DNA of 14,924 bases from assembly GCA_051439505.1 (NCBI GenBank), contig JBFRWI010000106.1, positions 1 to 14,924 on the forward strand, read 5' to 3'. Shown here in pieces: positions 8,418-14,924 of this stretch (positions within the stretch are counted from its first letter, which is position 1; every line of letters starts with the position of its first letter). The translations under genes were made by a program, and so were the position numbers. The stretch is from Hormoscilla sp. Lineage in GTDB: Bacteria; Cyanobacteriota; Cyanobacteriia; Cyanobacteriales; Desertifilaceae. The notes beneath the pieces are model-generated. The model had not been told where the DNA came from. It saw only the letters and a program-made list of their open reading frames with translations, and did not search any database.

Positions 8418-8498
8418 TAGTCGGTTTTAACCGACTTAAGCCTCGTTACCTGGGGACCGCCTGGTAACGCCGGGGGTTAAAACCCCCGGCGGGCTAAC
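8418..8498 (-). repeat. Double-hairpin dispersed repeat, copy 2, with an extra internal hairpin
   Basis: AGTCGGTTTTAACCGACT (8419-8436), CGTTACC...GGTAACG (8444-8469), GCCGGGGGTT-AA-AACCCCCGGC (8469-8490), GGGCTAAC. Confidence 0.9.
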
Positions 8499-8546
8499 GG
8501 AACTCGGGATTAACGGAACTCAGGATTAACGGGACTAAGGGTTAAC
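8495..8546. repeat. 16-bp tandem repeat x3 overlapping the stop codon of the DHODH-like gene
   Basis: TAACGGAACTCGGGAT / TAACGGAACTCAGGAT / TAACGGGACTAAGGGT / TAAC. Confidence 0.8.
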
Positions 8547-9548
8547 TACCATCTCAGGTTTATAACTCTGGATGCCGCGCATATATTGAGCCCGTTCAAA
8601 GGCCGACTCATCCGGACAGTTAATCTGGGACATGGAACCTTGCATCTGCTTGACGGACTCGTACTCATTCTCTTCCATCCAATGTTTCATTTCCTGTTCC
8701 AAAACCTGAAGATGTCCGATGCCATGCCGCATTAGCGCCGCACAAACTTGGGTAATCTTCGCCCCTACCATCAGCATCTTGATGGCATCTTGACCTTTTT
8801 GCAATCCGCCAGTAGAAGCCATATCCGGTTTAATCCGCCCATATAATATCGCAATCCAACGCATGGGCAACCTCATGGCCTGGGGCGTACTCAGCAACAC
8901 ATTCGGTCGCACTTCCAATTCCTCCAAGTCGATATCTGGTTGATAGAAGCGATTGAACAATACTAAACCATTAGCCCCAGCTTCCTCTAGCCTTTTCGCC
9001 AGGTTCGCCAAGTTGGAGAAGTAGGGACTCAGTTTCATCGCTACCGGAATTGTTACTTCCCCTTTGACGTCCTTGAGGATGTCGATCGCATTCTGTTCCA
9101 CCTCGGCACCTGTCATGTTAGGATCCGTAGGCACGTAGTAAAAATTCAATTCGATCGCATCTGCCCCAGCTTGCTGCATCAACTGGGCGTACTCCACCCA
9201 ACCGCCAGGACTGTAGCCGTTCAGGCTAGCAATCACGGGAATATCCACAGACTGTTTGGCTTGACGGATATGATCGAGATATTCCTCTCCCGATACCTTA
9301 TATGCTTCTGGTTCGGGGAAATAGGTGAGGGATTCCGCGAAGCTTTCCGTGCCGTATTCTAGGTGATGATGCAGTTCAAATTTTTCCTTAATCAACTGTT
9401 CTTCAAACAGGGAATGCAACACCACGGCCCCCGCCCCCGCATCCTCCATTTTCTTGACATTGTCTATGTCTCCTGTGAGGGGCTGCGCTGCGGACGTAAC
9501 TAGGGGCGATCGCAGTTGCAAACCCATATACTCAGTAGTGATATCCAT
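8535..9548 (-). CDS. Dihydroorotate dehydrogenase-like flavoprotein (PFOR-associated family)
   Basis: GAGAVVLHSLFEEQ, IPVIASLNG, ADAIELN, KLSPYFS, VLFNRFYQPDID, AFERAQYM. ATG at 9548 has a GGAG RBS; the GTG at 9572 lies inside a REP palindrome. Confidence 0.9.
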   Translation of the reverse strand: MDITTEYMGLQLRSPLVTSAAQPLTGDIDNVKKMEDAGAGAVVLHSLFEEQLIKEKFELHHHLEYGTESFAESLTYFPEPEAYKVSGEEYLDHIRQAKQSVDIPVIASLNGYSPGGWVEYAQLMQQAGADAIELNFYYVPTDPNMTGAEVEQNAIDILKDVKGEVTIPVAMKLSPYFSNLANLAKRLEEAGANGLVLFNRFYQPDIDLEELEVRPNVLLSTPQAMRLPMRWIAILYGRIKPDMASTGGLQKGQDAIKMLMVGAKITQVCAALMRHGIGHLQVLEQEMKHWMEENEYESVKQMQGSMSQINCPDESAFERAQYMRGIQSYKPEMVVNP

Positions 9549-9559
9549 ATTTTTCTCCA

Positions 9560-9581
9560 GTAGGGTGGGCACTGCCCACCT
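9560..9581 (+). repeat. GTAG-type REP palindrome, left boundary of the SMP-30 segment
   Basis: GTAGGGTGGGCACTGCCCACCT; core GGTGGGCA-C-TGCCCACC. Confidence 0.85.
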
Positions 9582-9592
9582 GAGTGACTAAT

Positions 9593-10555
9593 TCAACGCC
9601 AATGGCGCATCGGCAAACCGGGAATTTGCGACTCAAAGGCAACCAAATGCGGCATACCCAAAGAACCCAAATAAACCGTTTTCAAATCCCGGCCAGCAAA
9701 GGTAATGCTAGCAGGTAATTGCAAAGTTTTGCCCGCGCAAGCGATCGTGTCTTTTACAGTAAAAGTACCCGCTTGCGCATTAGCAGCCGATCGTTCCAAA
9801 GCTTCCTGGTTTACCTCTTCAAATACTACATGATAGTCCCCATCCGCTGAGACGATCGCCAGACTATTTCTGGCCGGGATCGTCAACCAGATATTGCCTT
9901 CAGCATCAAAGGCGAAACCATCCACATAAGCGCTGTCTCCGAGGGGGTCTGGTCCAAAAACCTCTTGAGTTCCTAGACTGCCGTCTCCTTGCACCTTGTA
10001 GCGCCAAATGCGGCATCCCATGGTCTCGGCAGCATAGAGATATTCTTCCCGGGCATCTAGGCGAATTTCGTTAGTGAAATAGATGCCATCGGCAACGATG
10101 CGGGGACCCTTTTCATCTAGCAGAATGATGTAACCATCGGGGCGGGGGTTGGCAATAGCTTCCAGATAGTATGAACTGCGGGTGGAAATCGATATCCACA
10201 GGCGATCGCGACTGTCAATGAAGACAAAGTTAGCAGCCCCAAGGGGTTTCCCGTCTATCTCACTGAGAATTACCTCGTAGTTGCCATCTGGGTAAAGCTT
10301 GTAAACCTTGCCATCGCCAACATTGGCAATATAAATATTACCCGATCGATCCATTGCCAAACCATTAGGTTCGTGACCGACATCACCTAGCAGAGTATTG
10401 CTACCATCTGGATGAATGCGAGTCACCAAACCGCGATTATCCGATACCCACAGAGTGCCATCAGGTTTTGCTAAGACGCTTTCTGGGCGACTCAAGTTGT
10501 TGCCGAAAAAGCGTAGTTCTGAAAGATTGAGGGTAAAGTCTTTGATTGAACCCAT
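9593..10555 (-). CDS. SMP-30/gluconolactonase/LRE-family beta-propeller protein
   Basis: RPE (metal-binding Glu), PNGLAMD, ANFVFIDSRDRLW, FTNEIRLD...LYAAET, DGFAFDAEGNIW, SITFAGRDLKTVYL. Confidence 0.9.
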   Translation of the reverse strand: MGSIKDFTLNLSELRFFGNNLSRPESVLAKPDGTLWVSDNRGLVTRIHPDGSNTLLGDVGHEPNGLAMDRSGNIYIANVGDGKVYKLYPDGNYEVILSEIDGKPLGAANFVFIDSRDRLWISISTRSSYYLEAIANPRPDGYIILLDEKGPRIVADGIYFTNEIRLDAREEYLYAAETMGCRIWRYKVQGDGSLGTQEVFGPDPLGDSAYVDGFAFDAEGNIWLTIPARNSLAIVSADGDYHVVFEEVNQEALERSAANAQAGTFTVKDTIACAGKTLQLPASITFAGRDLKTVYLGSLGMPHLVAFESQIPGLPMRHWR

Positions 10556-10605
10556 AATTTATATCTTTTCATTTCTAGAATAGATATCTCGCCTGTCCCC
10601 CGCCT

Positions 10606-10630
10606 GTAAGGTGGGCAATGCCCACCCTAC
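10606..10630 (-). repeat. GTAG-type REP palindrome, right boundary of the SMP-30 segment
   Basis: GTAAGGTGGGCAATGCCCACCCTAC; 10609-10630 matches the reverse complement of 9560-9581 at 21/22 positions. Confidence 0.85.
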
Positions 10631-10650
10631 TTAGAAACTCTATATCCCAT

Positions 10651-10710
10651 TAGTCGGTTTTAACCGACTTTAGCTAAAAGCCTTTGGGTTTGAACAAAAG
10701 GCGGGCTAAC
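10651..10710 (-). repeat. Double-hairpin dispersed repeat, copy 3 (downstream of nifJ)
   Basis: TAGTCGGTTTTAACCGACTTTAGCTA identical to copy 1; second hairpin altered to GCCTTTGGGTTTGAACAAAAGGC; ends GGGCTAAC. Confidence 0.9.
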
Positions 10711-10713
10711 TAA

Positions 10714-13700
10714 TTACTCGCCATTATCGCTTGACAACTGACGGGCAGCAAGGTATTGATACATTTCCCAACGCAGATTTACATCCTCCTGGGCTTCCTG
10801 CAACAAGCGTTTGGCATCCGCTGGTTTACTCTTAGTCAGCATCTTGAAGCGGTTTTCCGCGTACATTGAGTCTGACACTGGCTTCTTGGGCGATCGCATA
10901 TCCAATTGTAGAGGATTTTTACCCTCCTTCACCAGATCGGGATGATAGCGATAAAGCAACCAACGACCGCTTTCTACCAGGGCCTTCTGATGACTCATGG
11001 CCGTGGTCATATTAATACCGTGGGCAATGCAATGACTGTAGGCGAGGATCAAGGAAGGTCCGTCATAAGCTTCCGCTTCCAAGAATGCCTTGAGAGTATG
11101 TTCGTCCCGGGCCCCCATAGCCACACTAGCAACATAAACATTACCGTAGGTCATGGCCATCAAGCCCAAATCTTTCTTGGCGGCAGGTTTACCACCCGCT
11201 GCAAACTTAGCAACAGCGGCCCGGGGAGTGGCTTTAGAAGCTTGACCGCCCGTATTAGAGTAAACCTCCGTATCCATGACCAGGATATTCACGTTGCGAC
11301 CGCTAGCAATGACATGGTCGAGGCCACCATAACCAATATCATAAGCCCAGCCGTCACCGCCCATAATCCACACGCTCTTCTTGACCAGATAGTCCGCCAA
11401 AGAACTTAGCTGCTTAGCATCAGCAGAATTCATTTCTGCTAACTTCTGCTTCAGGGCCTCTACCCGTTCCCGCTGTTCCCAAATGTCTGCTTCTGACTTC
11501 TGTTCTGCATTCAATATCTCCCCGGCCAAATTATCACCAATTTCACCACTCAGCTTTTGTAGCAACTCGGCGGCAAATTGGGCGTGTTTGTCGATGGAGA
11601 GGCGGAAACCCAGTCCGAATTCCGCGTTATCTTCAAACAGAGAGTTAGACCAGGTCGGACCCCGTCCCTCGGCATTAGTAGTCCAAGGGGTGGTAGGTAA
11701 GTTCCCGCCGTAGATGGAAGAACAACCCGTAGCATTGGCAATGATGCTGCGATCGCCAAACAACTGGGATACCAACTTCACGTAAGGAGTTTCCCCGCAA
11801 CCCGCACAAGCGCCGGAGAACTCAAACAGTGGTTCCTGCCATTGCTGCTGGCGGATCGCATCCAGGCGCAATGCCTTGCGATCGGGGTTAGGCAAACTCA
11901 AAAAATACTCCCAGTTAGTCGCTTCTGGTTCCCGCAGGGGCAACTGCGATTCCATATTAATCGCCCGGCGGGAAGGCATAGACTTATTCTTAGCAGGGCA
12001 AACATCCACGCAGACTGCGCAACCAGTACAATCTTCTGGGGCCACCTGAATGGTAAACTTCGTACCCTTAAAGCCCTTATCCTTAGTATTAGCCGACTTG
12101 AAGGTTGCGGGTGCATTTGCCAAATGACTGGGGTCGTAAGCTTTCCCCCGGATCACCGCGTGGGGGCAAACCATGATACATTTGCCGCATTGCACGCATA
12201 CATCCGGGTCCCAAACGGGAATCTCCAGGGCCACATTGCGTTTTTCCCACTTAGCAGTCCCCGTGGGATAGGTCCCATCACAGGGCAATGCACTCACAGG
12301 GAGGTCATCCCCTTCCTTGACTAGCATCTTGCCTTCCACTTCCCGGACAAAGTCTGGGGCCCCAGCAGGCATGGCCGGGAGACGATGGATGGTGCTATTG
12401 GCCTCGCCCACATTTACCTCAAATAGGTTATCCAAGGCCGAGTCTACCGCCTTCAGGTTCATCTGGACGATCTCCTTGCCCTTCTTGCCGTAGGTCTTTT
12501 CAATGGCCTTCTTGATGGCGGCGATCGCCTCTTCCCGGGGCAGCACATTTGCCAAGGCAAAGAAACAAACCTGCATGACGGTATTGATCCGTCCTCTCAT
12601 GCCGCTTTCCCGGGCCACCTTATTGGCATTGATGACATAGAATTTCAGGTTCTTGCGGACAATTTGTTCCTGAATTTCCAAGGGCAACTGACTCCAGACT
12701 TCGTCCGGGCCGTAAGGACTATTCAGCAAAAAGGTCGCCCCAGAAGCTGCCGACTTCAGGACATCCAGCTTTTCTAGGAAAGTCCATTGATGACAACCGA
12801 CAAAATTAGCTTGGTCGATCAGGTAAGTAGAACGAATGGGTTGGGGACCGAAGCGCAAGTGAGAAACGGTGATCGCCCCCGACTTTTTGGAGTCATAGAC
12901 AAAATAACCTTGGGCGTAGTTATCCGTGCCTTCACCAATAATCTTGATGGAATTCTTGTTCGCCCCCACGGTCCCGTCGGAACCCAAACCGTAGAACATC
13001 GCCCGCACTACGCTATCTGGTTCCGTCGAGAAACTAGGATCGTATTCTAAGGAGGTGTGGGTCAAGTCGTCGATAATGCCAATGGTAAAATGATTCTTGG
13101 GTTTGGCGAGGGCCAGGTTATCGAAAATGCCCTTGACCATTGCGGGATTGAATTCCTTGGAAGACAGGGCATAGCGTCCCCCGACCACCTTGGGCATGGT
13201 ATTTCCCGTCCATTCTTCATGCAGGGCCGTGACTACATCCAGATATAAAGGTTCGCCTCCCGCACCCGGTTCCTTCGTGCGATCGAGGACCGCGATCGCC
13301 TTTACAGTTTCGGGCAAAGCTGCCACAAACCGCTGCATATCAAAGGGGCGATACAACCGCACCTTGACCACGCCCACCTTTTCACCTTGTCCTACCAGAT
13401 AGTCTACAGTTTCGTGAGCGGCTTCGCATCCCGAACTCATCAGGACGATAACTCGTTCCGCATCCTGGGCACCCACATAGTCAAACAAATTATACTTGCG
13501 CCCCGTCACTGCCGCCAGCTTGTCCATCGCCTTTTGCACGATCTCCGGACAAGCATTATAGAAGGGGTTAACCGACTCTCGCGCTTGGAAGTATACGTCC
13601 GGGTTTTGGGCCGTGCCCCGCAACACTGGGCGATCGGGCGTCATGGCCCGTGTACGATGAGCCAATACCCACTCATCATCTATCATCTCCCGCAAGTCGC

Positions 13701-14262
13701 TATCTTCCAGCAGTTCGATCTTTTGCACCTCATGGGAAGTCCGAAAACCATCAAAGAAATGCAAGAACGGTACCCGTGATTCTAAAGTAGCTGCTTGGGC
13801 AATGAGGGTCAAGTCATGGGCTTCCTGTACCGATGCCGAACATAACAGTGCCATTCCCGTCGCCCGGGTAGCCATCACGTCAGAATGATCGCCAAAGATC
13901 GACAGGGCCTGGGCAGCGATCGATCGGGCTGCCACATGGATAGCACAGCATGTCAGTTCTCCAGCAATTTTATACAGATTGGGAATCATTAACAACAATC
14001 CCTGAGATGCCGTGAAGGTAGTCGTCATCGCCCCCGTTTGCAAAGCCCCGTGGACTGCACCTGCTGCGCCGCCTTCCGCTTGCATTTCCACTACCGAAGG
14101 CACCGTTCCCCAGAGGTTCGGACGTCCTTCCGACATCCAGGCATCTGCCCATTCACCCATTGGCGAAGAGGGGGTGATGGGGTAAATTGCAATTACTTCA
14201 TTCAGTTTATATGCTACCCGGGCTACCGCCTCATTTCCATCTAGCGTCGTTTGCTTCTTCAT
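10714..14262 (-). CDS. nifJ: Pyruvate:ferredoxin/flavodoxin oxidoreductase (homodimeric PFOR)
   Basis: DGNEAVA, YPITPSS, GLGSDGTVGANKN, two 4Fe-4S motifs (CVQCGKCIMVCP, CTGCAVCVDVCP), ACAGCGETPY and TPP motif GDGWAYDIG. ATG 14262 with a purine-rich RBS preferred over 14280. Confidence 0.98.
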   Translation of the reverse strand: MKKQTTLDGNEAVARVAYKLNEVIAIYPITPSSPMGEWADAWMSEGRPNLWGTVPSVVEMQAEGGAAGAVHGALQTGAMTTTFTASQGLLLMIPNLYKIAGELTCCAIHVAARSIAAQALSIFGDHSDVMATRATGMALLCSASVQEAHDLTLIAQAATLESRVPFLHFFDGFRTSHEVQKIELLEDSDLREMIDDEWVLAHRTRAMTPDRPVLRGTAQNPDVYFQARESVNPFYNACPEIVQKAMDKLAAVTGRKYNLFDYVGAQDAERVIVLMSSGCEAAHETVDYLVGQGEKVGVVKVRLYRPFDMQRFVAALPETVKAIAVLDRTKEPGAGGEPLYLDVVTALHEEWTGNTMPKVVGGRYALSSKEFNPAMVKGIFDNLALAKPKNHFTIGIIDDLTHTSLEYDPSFSTEPDSVVRAMFYGLGSDGTVGANKNSIKIIGEGTDNYAQGYFVYDSKKSGAITVSHLRFGPQPIRSTYLIDQANFVGCHQWTFLEKLDVLKSAASGATFLLNSPYGPDEVWSQLPLEIQEQIVRKNLKFYVINANKVARESGMRGRINTVMQVCFFALANVLPREEAIAAIKKAIEKTYGKKGKEIVQMNLKAVDSALDNLFEVNVGEANSTIHRLPAMPAGAPDFVREVEGKMLVKEGDDLPVSALPCDGTYPTGTAKWEKRNVALEIPVWDPDVCVQCGKCIMVCPHAVIRGKAYDPSHLANAPATFKSANTKDKGFKGTKFTIQVAPEDCTGCAVCVDVCPAKNKSMPSRRAINMESQLPLREPEATNWEYFLSLPNPDRKALRLDAIRQQQWQEPLFEFSGACAGCGETPYVKLVSQLFGDRSIIANATGCSSIYGGNLPTTPWTTNAEGRGPTWSNSLFEDNAEFGLGFRLSIDKHAQFAAELLQKLSGEIGDNLAGEILNAEQKSEADIWEQRERVEALKQKLAEMNSADAKQLSSLADYLVKKSVWIMGGDGWAYDIGYGGLDHVIASGRNVNILVMDTEVYSNTGGQASKATPRAAVAKFAAGGKPAAKKDLGLMAMTYGNVYVASVAMGARDEHTLKAFLEAEAYDGPSLILAYSHCIAHGINMTTAMSHQKALVESGRWLLYRYHPDLVKEGKNPLQLDMRSPKKPVSDSMYAENRFKMLTKSKPADAKRLLQEAQEDVNLRWEMYQYLAARQLSSDNGE

Positions 14263-14362
14263 CCTTTCTCTCCCTTTCATTTACTTATGACTTCATTTTA
14301 CCTTTCTACATCTTGTTTACATTTTTTTCCTTCCCTAACAATTTTCCCTATCTTTAGCAACT

Positions 14363-14384
14363 AAGACAACATAAATGTTGTCTT
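14363..14384. promoter_or_regulatory. Candidate operator palindrome upstream of nifJ
   Basis: AAGACAACAT-AA-ATGTTGTCTT, perfect 10-bp inverted repeat about 100 bp upstream of the start codon. Confidence 0.45.
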
Positions 14385-14829
14385 TCTCCTCATGATTTAC
14401 CGGGCTTGATATTGCTCTAGCTTTCTACTTTCAGCCTACTATATGAGACTGTTCATCTGCACGGCTTCTTAACATTTTTTAAATAAATCGCCTCATTGGC
14501 AGTTTACCGAGGTTGCTACAGATGACTGAGCTTCCTCATCGGCGTAAATACTGAAATAGATTCTGTCGGATGGCTAAGATATCGAGTCCGATCGGATTAT
14601 TTGCAAGTGTGAGAACGCGGGTCAAGAAACCGGGTTTGTCTCGTCAGATTGTTAAGATATCCTTAATAGCTATACCATCAACTCTGTTTCTAGCTTGGAA
14701 TCAGACTTCATACCACAAATAAATTAATTAAATATTAAGACATCTTTAATTATCCAGTAATTCAAGTCTGGAGAATTACCCCACAACCCGTGAAATACGG
14801 CGTTGCACAACGACGGGATGATGAGGGCT

Positions 14830-14924
14830 GCTAATTGCTAATTGCTAATTGTCAATGGCTAATTGAGATAGTCATTTGTAGTCATAAATATCTATTTACT
14901 CTTTTCAATTAGCAATTAGCCATT
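14830..14924. repeat. Inverted pair of GCTAATT heptamer arrays
   Basis: (GCTAATT)3-GTCAATG-GCTAATT at 14830-14864 and the complementary CAATTAGCAATTAGCCATT at 14906-14924, running off the window edge. Confidence 0.85.

Larger units (their letters stand above)
2143..13299. repeat. HIP1 octamers (GCGATCGC) dispersed through the window
   Basis: Perfect copies start at about 2143, 3742, 5378, 5851, 6688, 7292, 8290, 9506, 10202, 10890, 11749, 12521 and 13292, plus many one-mismatch variants; hallmark of cyanobacteria. Confidence 0.95.

Noticed and set aside
7899..8546. CRISPR array
   Set aside because: Repeats are inverted pairs or spacerless tandems, with no series of identical direct repeats separated by unique spacers, and no cas genes are present.
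9549..9572. MPTLLEKN extension of the DHODH-like protein
   Set aside because: The start codon lies inside the REP palindrome; ATG 9548 has a GGAG RBS.
10942..13779. Several 60-160 aa + strand ORFs antisense to nifJ (and similar ones within galE, pap, pfkA, era)
   Set aside because: Typical shadow ORFs of long coding sequences with no independent motifs.
10714..14262. Nitrogen-fixation cluster implied by the name nifJ
   Set aside because: No other nif genes in the window; PFOR is also a general fermentative enzyme in non-diazotrophic cyanobacteria.
14624..14691. Degenerate AGAAACCGGGTTT...CTCTGTTTCT doublet upstream of nifJ
   Set aside because: Probably a decayed member of a common repeat family, too degenerate to delimit.
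14281..14830. NtcA box or small RNA gene upstream of nifJ
   Set aside because: No convincing GTA-N8-TAC site or recognisable RNA family found by eye.

Overview
Cyanobacterial chromosomal DNA (at least 13 perfect HIP1 GCGATCGC octamers; the repeat families suggest a filamentous Oscillatoriales-like host, which is inference). Gene order: a decaying two-gene remnant ending in a frameshifted XRE-HTH gene (+), galE (-), two-domain PPK2/polyphosphate:AMP phosphotransferase (+), Uma2-family nuclease-like gene (-), delta-6 desaturase desD (-), pfkA (-), era (+), a repeat-packed 650-bp intergenic region, and a minus-strand cluster of nifJ/PFOR, an SMP-30/gluconolactonase gene and a dihydroorotate-dehydrogenase-like gene. 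Main observations: (1) the SMP-30 gene is bracketed by two GTAG-type REP palindromes whose outer halves rebuild one perfect 25-bp palindrome, as if the gene had integrated into a REP site; (2) a ~60-nt double-hairpin element occurs three times, always just past the stop codon of a minus-strand gene, with compensatory changes and an inserted third hairpin; (3) PPK2-II, PfkA, PFOR and the non-canonical DHODH-like gene could form a polyphosphate-fuelled fermentation neighbourhood (hypothesis). No CRISPR array, RNA gene or intact transposase is seen. All family assignments come from motif recognition, not database searches.
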